Of a DNA stretch of 64,000 nucleotides, positions 1 to 13,600 are shown in pieces. Source of the stretch: Macrostomum lignano (lineage: Eukaryota); NCBI GenBank assembly GCA_002269645.1, contig NIVC01002851.1:1-64000 (forward strand), given 5' to 3'. The translations under genes were made by a program, and so were the position numbers. The notes beneath the pieces are model-generated. The model saw only the letters and a list, made by a program, of their open reading frames with translations, made no database searches and was not told the origin of the DNA. Numbering within the stretch: the first letter of the stretch is position 1; each line of letters starts with the position of its first letter.

Positions 1-760
1 AACTTGCCTTCTCTCTCCTTTGTTTTCTCACCTTCTCTTTTATCCTTCTTCTTTATCTCATCTTTGCTCTCTGCTCTCTCTTTTTTTCTTTCTCCTGCTC
101 TCTTCTCTCCATTGCTCTCTCATCTTTCTTCTCCTCTCCTCATTGCTCTCTCATCTTTTCTCTGCTTTCACACATCTTTCTTCTCTCTCTATTCTTTCTA
201 CTCTCAAATCTCTCCTTTTTGCTACCTCATCTTTTCTCTGCTTTCACACATCTTTCTTCTCTCTCTATTCTTTCTACTCTCAAATCTCTCCTTTTTGCTA
301 CCTCATCTTTTCTCTGCTTTCAATTGTCCTCTCATATCTTGTCTGTTCATTCTCATCTTTTCTCTCTCATTTGTTATCTTTACTCTCCTTTCTGTTCTCT
401 CACCTCTCTCTTGTGTACTCTTCTCTTTCCCCCTTCTGACTCCTCTTTTCTCTTTCCTCTATACTCTCTCCCCTTTATACTATTCTCTCATCTCTTAGCA
501 TTCTCCTTTCTCCTTCTTTTCTTTACTTTGTCATCTCTCATTTTATCTCCACTTTTTTATTCTTTCTATTCTCTCCTATATCTCTATATCTCTATCTCTA
601 TATCTCTATATCTCCTTTTGATCTTCTCTCATCTCTTCACTGCTCTTTTATCTCTACTTTCTTTTTACTTTACTTTACTTTCCTCTCTCTTATCTTTCCT
701 TTGCATGTCCTTGGGTTTATAGGTTTTGCAAAGCTTTTTTCTCCTTACCTATTGTCTTTT
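1..760. repeat. CT-rich low-complexity tract with an internal duplication of about 75 bp
   Basis: Almost purely pyrimidine. The block tctcatcttttctctgctttcacacatctttcttctctct... occurs twice (about 150 and about 225). The S/L/F-rich ORFs here are compositional artefacts. Confidence 0.85.
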
Positions 761-1157
761 CTCTTATCTTCTATATTTTTTCTTATGCCACACTTAGAGA
801 CACAGCGACTGTGTCTCTAATAGTGAATAGGTCTATACTTATAGACATGGCCGCCGTGTATATAATGCAGAAATTTATAGAAACAGTGGCCATGTCTATA
901 AGTATGGACCTAGTCACTATTAGAGACATGGCTGCTAGGTCAATAAAACTTGCACAGTAGCCATGTCATTAATATTGAAAGGGTTCATACTTAGAGACAT
1001 GGTGGGTGGCCGTGTCTCTAATATTGGAGCTTATAAGCATGGCTGCTATTGCCATGTATGTAATCATTGATCGGATGAAAGATCGAGCCAATTGAAAAGT
1101 CAGTTTTTTATTTGAATTTTTTATGCAATTAAATTATGTTTAATTTTTAAGAGTAAC

Positions 1158-3372
1158 TGATGTAACCACGCTCTGGTCGCGGGATAGGGCATGGGAACTT
1201 TTTCGAAAGTGCCTCCTATCCCGTGCACCCTCTGCACAGAGCTGTCGAGACTCGGCCAGGTCTCCGACCGGGCCTGGAGACTCCCGCTCTGCTGCACCTC
1301 TCCTGCTGCCTTGGTCCCGTCTCTCCTGCCGCCACACCTGCCTTTCCGGAGCCCCTACCCCTTTCTGTACCTCCCCCTCTACCCTATCTCTTCTGTTCCC
1401 GCCCTATTCTTCCTGTACTTTCTCTACCTCCTCCTTTTTTTTGTCTCCCTCTGCACTCTTTTCCTGCGCTGTCCCCTCTTTCCCTGTGTCTACTTACAGT
1501 ACTTTGTGTGCTCACCGTCTCCCCATCCCCTCTCAAACTCCCAAACGGTGACGCAAGTCGTGTGACCCCTTCTCCCCCTCGGTGACTCATCGATGACTCA
1601 TCCCCCTCTCTTGCGCAACCTTTTCTCACGCTATTGTTCTCCTTCCTAAATTTCTCATGTGACACCCACCCCACCTCCGCTTCTATTGTTCTCGTTTTTG
1701 CTTTTTTGTTCTCTCGACCCCACCAATTATCACATTTTCTCCGATTTTCTCTTTCTTTTGTTCTCGTTTTCGCACCTAATTATCACCTTTTCTCCAATGT
1801 TTACTTTTCCATTGTTCTCAGTTTTCCCCAATTATCCCGATTTCCAATTCCTTTGTTCTCGACCCCAGCCCTATTGTTCTCAATGTTTGCTTGCGCAACA
1901 CTTTCGCGACCACCCGCTGCGCCAATTATCCCCCCACCCCACCTCCGGATTGCGCAATTTCCCGATTTCTCATGTTGCTATGCCGGTCTCATGCTTCTCA
2001 TCATGACTCATTCTGACGTCATTCTGCCGGCAGCCAATCAGAGAGAGGGAGCCATGGTAACGACCTTGAGGAGGCGGCTGTGAGGTCTATAAAAGGAAGC
2101 GATTTCGGCATGAGAATACTCAACTGAGTTTATCTCTGTTCCTCTCCTCGTCCTTCTTTGGACTTGCTGTCAGATTGAGTTCTGACCCATTCGTCTATAA
2201 GACGAATCCCTGCCGGTCCGCGGTCTGTTACCGCCAAGTTATCCTTAGCTCCCCAAGTGAGCTCGCCTATCGGCCAGCGGTCTGATACCGCCCAGCATCA
2301 TCAGCATCGCCTGATCTACATCAGCGCCTCGTCGCTCCAGCGCATCGCCGCTTCACCGTCTGCCTGACTGCAGCCTACAGCCGCCCTCGGTCACTCCGCC
2401 TCTCTCTCTCTCTGTGCAGCTGCCGGTAAGTTCCTGCTACTAATTTGTGCTCTAATTGCCTTTGCTTATCCGGGGTTTGCCTATTTTCCATTGTCTGATT
2501 AGAGAGCTGAGCCAATTGTGATACCGTATCTTTTGCTGTATTTGACTCAATAGTGAAGCTGCCTAATTGCCTGCTTATTTGCCTAAGGGCCTAATTATTA
2601 ACTATTAACTAACTTCATCATTATTCAATCTTTCACCATCATTTCACTCATGGCTTGCTAAGCCTTTCTCCCGGGGTGGCAAAGCATAAGGAAGTTTGGG
2701 TAAGCTAATGGCCTCTCCCCGTGCAAAGCCCGCCTGTGAGTGCGTGCTGCGGGGCCGCGTGTGCGTGCAGTAGAGGGATTAGCGAGTCTTGGCACAGCAT
2801 GGCAGTAGGAAGGTTGCAACCCCATGCTAACGCGTCCCTTCGCCCTGAGCAATCTAAACTGTAGACAGTACATGTTCGCCTCATACTACTCTTAGTAATC
2901 GAAGTCGCAAGTCAGCCTCGCTCACAGCCACAAAGGATCCCCTGCTGAGAAATCCTCCAGGATTGAGCCCAGAGTTCCCGATCATGCCCCAAGCAGAGTC
3001 CCTGTACTCGGCTGCATGCGTCTCCCCTGTTAGCCTAAATCCCCTGGTAACCAATCCAGGCGGGGCTCTAGCCTCGAGAGGTCTGGTAGAAAGATCCAGG
3101 TGCGCCAGGTCACATAGAGTGGTGGCAGCCACTCGGTCATACTATGACCGAGTGACCAACTATTGCACCTTGGCTACAGGTGGGGTCCATGTGGGTCCTT
3201 GGCCCTCTGGTCACGAAGCGCTACCAAAGCTACTAATCATGTGGGCGGGACAGTCTGGTGCTGGAGGTCCGTCAGGTCATTGCCCGGTCATAGGCAGCCT
3301 ACGGTCATTGCCCCCTCTAGTCATGCGTTCGTCTCTCTACGGAGCGGACAGGCGACAAGGGCGGTTACATCA
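1158..3372 (+). mobile_element. Solo LTR (Gypsy-type), 2215 bp
   Basis: Terminal inverted ends TGATGTAACC (1158) and GGTTACATCA (3372), with a 4-bp target duplication TAAC at 1154-1157 and 3373-3376. GC-rich against AT-rich flanks. Internal CCAAT 2034, TATAAAA 2088-2094 and splice donor CG|GTAAGT 2426. No gag/pol ORF. Confidence 0.8.
1549..2094 (+). promoter_or_regulatory. LTR U3 promoter/enhancer with clustered bZIP sites, CCAAT and TATA
   Basis: TGACTCA at 1583, 1594 and 2004; TTGCGCAA at 1611, 1891 and 1950; TGACGTCA at 2014; TGACGCAA at 1549; repeated (A/T)TTGTTCT; CCAAT 2034; TATAAAA 2088. Confidence 0.6.
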
Positions 3373-6203
3373 TAACACAAAATCATTTTAAAGTGCGGCT
3401 ACAATTATATATGTAGCTATCGAAAACAAAAATTTTTTCTATACATATTGGCTGCACTTTAAGATTTAGTGTTACTCTTATTAAAAATTGATTTAATTTA
3501 ATTTAATTTAATTTATTATTATTTTAATTAAAAAACTTGAGAAGTTCAAGATGGAAAAATTATGTTAGCTAAAAAAATTAAATTAAAAAAACTCCAACTA
3601 CTTAGGATTCAAACCAAGCTAGGCCTACATGCAATCACAAGGCAATCGACCTATCCACTAAGCCACTATTTGCTTAAGAGAGAACCTATAGAACACAAAT
3701 TTTATTTTAATTATTATAGCCGTGCCTATAAGCTCAAATATTATAGACACAGCCGCCATGCCTATAAGTACTCCATTTTTCTTATTTCTTTCTTGCCTCT
3801 TCTTTCTTTTAATTGTCTATTCAATATTCTTTTACCTTTCTACTTTCATTTGCATCTTAGCCATGAGCTAGATTCTTTATCTGGCCTTTGAACTTAGAGT
3901 TTGCCAATCCCTACTTCAAAAGCCAGTTTATAGGATATAATACTTTCATTGTTGTTCTTATGCTAGGCCTAATATATTTAATAAAAATATAATAAATAAA
4001 GTAGAAAATAAAAATATAAAAAGAAATAAAACAAGAATGAAAAATGCATATTTTGAATAGTTTTTTGCATTTTTAGGTAGGCCTAGGAAGATTTAAATTT
4101 AGGAAATTTAAAGGTTAGCCTAAAACATTTTATATAATTTTGTTCAGGGTGAGTTTAGGCCCTAGGGACTAGGGTGAGTGCAAAATTTGATGTAATTTGG
4201 TTGAGTGGTATAGGGATAGGAGTCCATAGTAAACAAATTTTTACACAAATAGATACTCACAGATACATAGAAAGTATTGATTTTTATAGATATAGGTGGT
4301 GGTAGGCCTAATTTCATGACTAGGGGCCTAGTATTGCACTGCTAGTGTTAGGCCTAACGCCTAACTAATGCCCTGCCTAAGCTAAGTTAAAAAATTCTCT
4401 ATTTTGTTTGTTAGGCCTATAGGCCCTACCGTTTTTGTTTGAAATGAAACTGTTGCATTGCAACATGAGACAAATTAATAATAGAAATAGGCCTAACAAT
4501 AAAAATAGGTCGTTGAGACCATACCATAGTTCATATTGTATATTAATATATGCCAGGGAAAAAGTATGAGACCTCAATCTGAAAATGTTATTACAAGGAA
4601 AAAGAAAACATTTGGAAATGCTTTCTCTGCTGGAAAGCAAATTTAATTTTTTCAGCGGGCAGAGCTAGCGTGCAAATCATATAGCGGCAGATGGTCTTAA
4701 AGTAAAAAAATAAAAAAAAGTTATTATTTAATCATGAACTAGAAACTTGATACTTTTAAATTTTATCTAACTTTCTTCAACATATTTGTCTTGTGTTTTA
4801 CAAAATTTAATTTAAGGATTAGTAAATTTTACCTAGTTAAAAATTCTTTTTCTTTGCATTAATGAGACCTGGAAGATGCTTTAGGCGTTTAGAAAGTAGT
4901 AAAATTGTTTTATCGCAACACGAAAGCGAAAAATGACCACTTTCAAACTAGCCCTGTACAGGCCTGTTTAATTACGGTAATGGCTATAGTTCCGGCCTAT
5001 GCCACATTGCACGGGGCGTTTCGTGTACTCTCACTTGCAACTATAAATCGGGGCCGTGTCATGTCATTCTTAATTTATTCTCATAGGCACCTTTGAGTTT
5101 AAAGTTATTTTAAAGCATACAAAATTTAGCATATGTTTTTCTTTGATGACAAGGGCAATGTCTAAATGTCTCAATAATTTAATTAGTTTTTGAGTTTTGT
5201 TTAACATATTTTAGATTGGTACATATATATATATATATAGATATTCTACTTTTAATGGGTGGTGGGAACTTGAAACACTGGGGGCATATGCCCTTTCCCT
5301 AGAAAATGAGTATACACAGAATACAATTTAATATACCCTTTGAATTTTTGAGTAGAGTAATAATTAATGATATTGGTAACTTCGTAGCTTAAGTATGTAT
5401 TACGCCAGGACTTTGAATAAGAAGTCAATTATTCCTTATTTATTTATATTATTATAAAGATAGCTGATTATACTAAAATTGCATATGAGGTTAAAGTTTT
5501 AAGTTATTTGAATTTGAGTTTTTTAAGTTTATTTGAATTATTTTGTATCATTACTATAAATACTATTTATCATTATTGACTTATTGACTTTGTTTCTATA
5601 GTGATTAGCTATCATTGTCAAATTTATATTTAATTAGAGAGCCATCTTGCCATGTTGAGCTAATATTAAAAAAATATCAAGCTTGTCATCTGCTAATGCT
5701 ATTGTCTTCTCAAGTAGCCTTTTTAAGGTTTTTATTATTAAGTATTAATTTGCTATTTAATTAATTGGTTTCCTTGAGATCATATTTTTATCCTTAAAAT
5801 ATCTTTCCTAATCATTTACCCTTAAAGGTCTAAATATTAAATTGTTCAAATTTATTGTTAATGTCATTAATAAAATTGGCAACCTTTTTAGTTTAAAAGA
5901 ATCAATGTTCATTAGCCAAAGTTGATTATTTGATATTGTCATTAGTCAATAGTCAGTAGACTATACTATATTTTTGTATCGAAGTAAGGTTTGTTTCTTT
6001 AAGAAAAGTTGCAATTTAAGCAATTTTAAGTCATTGTTAATGTATTATAGGAAATTTTTGTAGACTTTATATTTCTCTATCATTGACATTACCTAAATTT
6101 ATAAAAGTAGTACTTTAGAAAGTGTTTTTATAATTTGTCTTTTTTAGTTTGTTGTTGTCTAAGTTGATATTTTTAAATATGGCCTATATAATCAATAAAA
6201 CTT

Positions 6204-7508
6204 GGGTGCTGACCATTTTGGTGAAATACCATTTGGGTGAAAGACTATTTCAGAGAATCCACTTCGGCGAATGAAATGACCATTTCGGCAAAGCCTGTGA
6301 AACATAACGAAACAAGACAACAGTATGCTAGTAGGTACAAGTTTATCTCCTGCGAAGAAATTAATATCTGCTTCCTGTAGAATTGAGCTCATCGATCTAC
6401 TTAGCTACAATAATCTTAATAAAACCAATGTGTCAAAGTGCTTTAACTATTGCAAAGAGATTTTGTGTGACTTAATTGCCATATTTTGGGGACGCTCGAG
6501 CTCAACAAGGCCAGCTGCCCTTCTACCTTCTGATCCAGTTGCTTCATGAAGAGGCTTGTCTGGTCTTTGTGAAGAGCCAACTGTTAGAACAAGGCACTGC
6601 TTGACGAGTTGAACAAGCAGCTTATCCCAAGCACCAGATAAAGTTTGCTTCACTTTGGGTAGCTACGCAGCTGCTGCACGCCTGTAGCAAACTGAATGTG
6701 TCGTGATCATTTCAGTAATAATGAATATGTGCGATTCTCAGAAATTGACAATTCATGCTATTCATTCATGCTATACGAGCTCATGTGTATATACATGAAA
6801 GCTCAAAAATTCGTATATGCTGTATACCTGCTGCTTACATGTACATATACATGTATATACATGCATGTGCATGTAATTTCGAAACCAATAAAGTGCATAA
6901 TGTACTAAAAGCACTATTGTTTTCCTGATTCGAATTCGACTTTGACTTTGTTTGTAAAGCAAAATTACATGTAACTGACCATTTAGCTAGGTTTTCAATT
7001 AGAAAGTGGACATTTTAAGAACATATAGCTATGTACATTTAATTTGCGCTACAAGTATCGTTAAGAATATTCTTAAAACTACTCCTGTTTAAACTGAAGA
7101 AATAAGGTCAAAAATCTGTATCTGAAGTATTCAGGTAAAAAAACATGCTAAACTTCCCAAGTCAACCATGTACTTGGATGACATTGTTGACTTACCAAGT
7201 TCTTAGCAATGGTTTGTTTTTTCTTAGGCTTTTCTTTTACTTAGAACAAAATTTTGAACATAAGAGTGGACTGACTATTCTGTGTTAAGAAAGTACAACT
7301 AAAGGCGAAGAAAAATTTACAATTTTAGTACTAAATTTTTAGTTGTAGTAATTAAATACTATTATAATTAAAATATGTAAAGTTAAATAAATTATATTAT
7401 ATCATTTGCCAAAGTGGTCAATTGTATTCGCTAAAGTGGATTCTCCGAAATGGTCTTTCGCCAAAGTGGCCTTTGCTGAATGGGCTTTCACGAAAATGGA
7501 CTGAAACC
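6204..7508. mobile_element. Non-autonomous TIR DNA transposon with 8-bp TSD
   Basis: TAAAACTT is duplicated at 6196-6203 and 7509-7516. Imperfect inverted ends of about 100 bp (6204-6295 vs 7403-7508) are built from short ccattt..gcgaaa-like subrepeats. Termini GG...CC. Confidence 0.75.
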
Positions 7509-7654
7509 TAAAACTTTGAACTATCATTTCAGAATTTAGTAATTTATAAATAATTAGTCATCAATTAGACTTCAATCATAATTAAAGTTTAATAATTTCC
7601 ATATTCACCTTTCACTTTGCTATCTATTAATATTATTTTGCTTGTAAAATATTT

Positions 7655-10600
7655 ATGGCTTCTGAGTCTAGTGGCTTTAGCAATACCAAAATTGTATGTT
7701 CAAGAAGTGGTGGTAGAAATCTTCAAGCTGAAGAACCTGGTAAGAGATTATCATTACAATTACCAGCTATATTGTTTTTTTTTTTTCAAGCTAACTGTAT
7801 TTGTTTAGCTTTCTTTTATGTTCTTTGCTTGTAATTAAATTTAACACAGGTCCACATTCTACCAGAAGCTACCCTTCTGAAGGCGAATTGCAAAACGTCC
7901 CCTACCAGCGTCGAGGTAGTGGTGGCGTTGCCAACTTAGGTGCAACAAGAAATCCAGATGACAGAGACCAATTTCGTGGTGGCGGACGCGGACGCGGACG
8001 CGGTCGTGGAGGTGGACGGGGAGGCAACAATCGGGCTCGAGGCAGTCGCAATTACGTTGACATGACAACCGGTGGAGCTGCAGGATTTGCTGGTATGCAA
8101 GTTTTGCCATTTTTTCGATTATTAAAGCTGTTTGCCTCTTTTGTTGAATGTCCAATATGACATATCCATACAAAATTAACTTTTCTGACTCATTTAGATA
8201 TAGCTAACTGTTTGGGTGTGTGCTTCTAAGAACCGAAAGTCTGATTAGTGCCTGCAAGCAAGTTTTAACGACGCAGCGATTCTACGCCTCAAATAGTAGA
8301 AAATACGCATCTCAAATCTCTTCCCATCATGCCTTTGTCTTCTTCATCTTCGCTTCGGAGTTGTCTGTGAAACTTCCAATAGGACAGTCTTACGATCTCT
8401 CTTCAACATTAGTATGTTGGATTTGTTATGATCTACGGAAGTCATTTGCTCTTTTTTCTTTGTGAAGCAGTTATCTGACAGAAAAGGAGTGTCGCTTGTT
8501 CTAAGGCTTGCGAGGAACGAACGGAATGAAGATCCAAGGAAGCCTCTATGTTCGCTTTGCTCTTCAGAAAGCGACACTCAAAAGAATTCCCATATATTTT
8601 TAGACTTAAATTGTACACATTTAGTGCATTTAGGTCTTCATATGAAATCTGTGGTTCCAGGGGTGAAGCGGGAGGGTAGTGGTTAAGACATATAGGAACT
8701 TTGTTGCAAAATCTTTATTTGAACTTTTCAAGTTCCAATTTATTGAAAAGTCTGTTCATCTTTTCATTAAGACTTTTGCATTGTTACTTTTTCAGTCAGA
8801 TAGAGTTTTTAAACCTATTTTCTATAGTTTTTTCTTTTACTTTTTAGCTGTCGATCAGATTCATCAGAATGCAAGCGCAAGCGTTTCCGCCGGTCCCAGT
8901 CGTGGCTACCATCAACAGTACAATCACCCGCCATCGCAGCGTTGTCGTCCATCTCAGCCTCCTCCACATGAACGTCGGCCTCAGACATCTGCCTGCCCGC
9001 CTACACCGCTGATGTCAAATGATAGTGGTAGCAGACAAAAGGGCAAAACTCCAACAAATGTAACTGGCACACGGACAAATTGTGAAAATTTAGGTGAAAT
9101 CAAGTTTGGTAAGTTGATCGTTTCGCTTTAGAATTTCTCAGTAGCTAATTAACTCAAAATGCGTCAGTATGACATAACTCGTTATTCAATCGTCTTCACA
9201 CAGGCTACTTCGTGTCCTGCAACCAAAAAAGCGGCTCTGTTTCGTACATAGACGACCCAAGTGCTCACAATGGGGTCCAGTTCGACTTTGACATTGAATG
9301 GGTTAAACAGCTTGGCATTCAGCCTGGCGATCGGCTTCGATATCAGATTCCAAGAGATCGAGAATCGGCTGAAAACTTATATGATTGTCCTTACCATCAA
9401 GACCTTTTGAAAGTGGTCTTCGGGTTCATTAAAGGCGAAGAAGAGGGTGACATCGAGAACGAAGTTACCTATATTGTCGCGCCTCCGGATGCTAAAAGGC
9501 TCAGAATCCCCGCTACAAAGACCCAATTTGGTGTATGGAAGCCCCAGAAAGGCGATCAAGTGAAGGTTTTGTTGAACATTTCAAACAGTAGTCCGAGCAG
9601 TTATCACCTATCACTAGAACGACCAACTAACAGAAGCTCTTCTGAAGTATTCGCTCTTATTGAATCGCTGCCAAATCGAAGTTCAAGCGACGAGATTGCC
9701 GAGTTAGTTTTAACACCGGCTGTCTGGCTTATCGTTGGCCAATGGACAGAGTTTACTCCGGAACTACTTTTGAAAGTGCTTGCTTTCTTTGTACGAGCCT
9801 GTGAATTAACTAGTCCATATCTGAGAAGCAACCTCAATCAAAGCATGTCGTACCTTTTTGAAAACTTTAACTGCAAGCAAAACGATGGACCATTCTTTGA
9901 ACTACTTGAAAGCGCCTCGCAGTCGCCCATCTCTCACGTTGAGATGATTAGTACAATTATTAAGTTCTGTGAACTCTTCGTTAGAGTTGCTCCGGAGCAA
10001 AGCCACCGAATGCTTTCTGTTTGTGAACAATTTTATGCTAAAATTCAGGACAGTGGAGCAGCATTCAGGCTGGCAACTATCTTGTGTAAGAAGTTGACCA
10101 CTGTACCTGCTGTTGACTTAAGCTGGTACGAGCTTCCTGTCACGATGCGTCACGAGGAGCTATGCAACTCTGAGCATTCGAACTTTTGCACAAACTATGA
10201 GTGCATTGAGCAGTACCTGGACATAAACCTAAGAAGGCTGCGAGCCCATTTTTTTGAAAATATCAAGTCAAACGTTTCTCAATTTATCAGAAACCCTCGA
10301 ACTTCTCAAGCTCAATCTATCTACTGGAAGGTTAGGCTGGTAGGAATCGACATAACTTCTACGGAAACATCGCTTCTTGTGGAACTGAAGCCATTTAATG
10401 GTCAATTTAAAGGAATTAAGAATTCGCCTCGACTACTTTTCGGTACTCTATTATGCTTGTCGTTTGATGAAACATTCACTGACATTTTTTGGGCGACTGT
10501 CAGTGGCAGGGATGTTAATTTTTTTGAAAAGAGCGGTCTAGTCCTGATTGAATTGTGCTCTGACGCGGACAGTGGCTTGTGCAACACCGCACTCCTGTGT

Positions 10601-13600
10601 CGGCTGCACGCCAGTTCTGGAACTGTGTGGCTAGCGGAGGCCGAAACTTTCGCTCCATATCAGGCGTACAAAGCAGTATTCAACTGCTTGCAGTCACTTC
10701 GTAGTAAACCGATTCCGCTGGAGAAACCGCTACTAGAAAGCACTTTCAATAGCATCCCAGTAACTTGTCAGATTGAAGCACCAAAAATTTTCGACCCGTC
10801 TCAAGTTGAAGCGTACAACTCTTGCTTACGCTGCAATGTGTCTGTTGTTAGCGGACCATCCGGTAGTGGTAAAACATTATTCACTGCGCACCTGGTAAGC
10901 GCTTTGTCCCGGCAGCAAAATGTTTCTGATCCAGTTTTGCTTCTCACTAATCAGATTAGCAGTCTGAAACATGCAGTTTCGAAACTTACCGATTCTGACT
11001 CTTCGCTTAAGGTGCGACTGATTGCTGAACCTATTTCTCTTGAACAATTCGACGACAAAGCTGCTGCAGCTAAGTTGACTGAACTAAGCAAAGCAAAAGA
11101 ATTTGTCTGCTCTCATTTAAAGTTACTGCTTGAGCTGGAAAACGTTGAGTTTAACGAGCAATTTCTTACTGCCTATTGGAGCGAAGATACTTTACAAAAG
11201 TTTATTTCTGGAACTGAAGCCGGTAGCATTGAGGCTTCACTGAATAAGTGGATGCCGTCACCTACGAACTTAGAGTCAATCTGGATGTCTTCTTTGAGAA
11301 TGGAAGAAGCTGCCACCAACGTAAAACCAACTGAGATGTGCGCTGAATCCACCACTGAGCCATCTAAATACGATCTTTCTGAAAGGTTTTATGCGCCATC
11401 ATCTAAAGAAATGCGACGAAAGTTCGTTGAAACAAAGCTGCAAATACACTTCTCAAAGCCTAGCGGTCTGAAGTTTGAAAGAAGGCTAACACGGTTGACA
11501 AGTACCAAGTGGCGCTTCTTAAAGCACGTGACTAATCCATGGGACATTGATTTAGTCGAGGAACGGTACTTTTATATTCAGGGTTGTATGCTTGATTACA
11601 TTGAGCAGCAATGGGCACAAGCAGGATTTCTCGATGCGCGGCTAGCTGACGTGGCGCGCTGTCAAGAGGCTATACTTCAGTTGACTCTCGATGATGAACT
11701 TAAAGCTTCGCGTGAATCAGACGTTGTTGCAATGACAATTACAGGTGCATGTGCCAACCTTGAGCTTCTACAGAAAGTGCGGCCCAGTGCTGTTGTTGTT
11801 GACGAGGCGTCTGTTATACCAGAACCAATGCTGCTAGGATGCCTAGGTGACTGGGCTAGGAGGGTCTACTTGATCGGAGACCTGCACCAAGTTGACTCTA
11901 AAACAGTTAGCAGTTTTAGATTTGACGAGAGGACTCAAAACAATGTTTCGATGATGGAGCGACTTGTTAATAGTGGCTTTCCTCAGAATCGCTTGAAATT
12001 CCAGAATCGAATGCACCCAGATATTTCTAAGTACCTGAAGCTAGATGTGTGGCCAGATGTTAAAGACAATCTAAACGTTGTGTCTTCCTATAAAAGGCCC
12101 GAGTTTATGCAAAATTCGGTTGTATTTTGGGATTTGCGAAACGTTATTTCTCCAAACCGAGAAAGCAGTGATAAAGAATTAGCTGAACTAGTTGCTGAGC
12201 TAGCACTTGTGTATCTAAATTTTGGCTTCCAGCCCAATAATGTGACTATTCTAACCTCTTCAACGAGTCAAGTTAGGCGCATTAAAGGCGTACTTTTGCG
12301 GGTTAAAAACCCTCAGCAACATGATAACAAACAAATCAAAGATATTGAGGTTTGCACAGTTGTTGACTACCAAGGCAGAGAGAATGATATCGTAATTGTT
12401 CAATTGATGAATGGTAATAACGATGCTTCTCTACCGCTACGGTATCTTCGATACATTTCTCAAACAAGAGCGCGTTGTGCTTTAGTCTTCATTGGTTTTG
12501 TGAAATCAGTAAGCGAGTCAGCTGATTGGAAACCATTCATTGAAGCTCTCAAAAACGATGAAGCCTTAGATTGTAATTTTCCTGTTGTTTGTAACAACCA
12601 CAACACTAAGGCTTTTTGGCGATCTATTTCTGACTTAAGAAAACTGTGCAACTTCTGCTTTGAAGACTGTTCACAATTTTTGCCGTGTGGTGAGCACACC
12701 TGCAGCAAAAAATGCCATCCTTGGCATCGCCACGACCAATGCAGTGAGGAAAAAACTATGGTTTTGCCGTGCGGGCACACTGAAATAACTACTTGCTCAA
12801 ACTCGTACTCAACTAGTGGCATATCATGCAAAAGACCATGTGATCGCTTACTACCATGTGGGCACAAGTGCCCCCGTCTTTGTGCAGAGCAATGTAACCC
12901 TTCCGGTTGTACTACTACAGTTAGTATAGAGCTTCCGTGTGGTCACATGGTCGATAAGGCCTGCAATGAGCCTACTCCAATTTGCTCAAAGAGTACTTAT
13001 CTTAAGCTAGACTGTGGTCATTCAAAAGAGATCCTCTGTGTAGCGAATCGTGCAAACACGGTTAAAACCCTGAAGTGCAAGGAGCCTTGCATAAAGTTCC
13101 TGCCGTGTAAGCATCGTTGTGGTCTTCAGTGTCATGAAGTTTGTAGCTCAGTTCCATGTCCAATAAATGTACAGAAGCAATGCGCATCATGCAATCAGCT
13201 ATTCACTTCCAAGTGTGGCGATAATAAGTTGCAGTGCAATGGTATAATAAGGGTAACTATCCCGTCTTGTGGTCACCGAAGATCTGTGAAATGCTCGCTG
13301 AAGGAACAAGAGATTCTCAAACAATGTGTTGAAGTCTGTGGTAAAAGGCTAAGCTGTGGACATAATTGTGACTCCCCTTGTGGAGTAACTCCATGCCCTC
13401 CATGCGGTGCTTTGACAAAGAGGGATAATTGCGATCATATTGTGAGCTGTTGGGAACTACAAAGTGACTGCATCGAAACTGTCCCTAGAACCTTCAAGTG
13501 TGGTCATCTTGAGAGCATGACATGTGGCACAGCCTCCAGAAGAGTTGACGATCAATACTGCTCAACATGCTGGCCATTAGCTATTCAGAGACGCAAAGCA

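Noticed and set aside
1191-3391. Several 100-150-aa ORFs inside the solo LTR
   Set aside because: No gag/pol/env or tyrosine-recombinase motifs; they follow from GC-rich or pyrimidine-rich composition.
8220-8700. Coding-like stretch in intron 2 of the ZNFX1-PARP gene
   Set aside because: The short ORFs have no recognisable motif, and exons 2 and 3 already join in frame without them.
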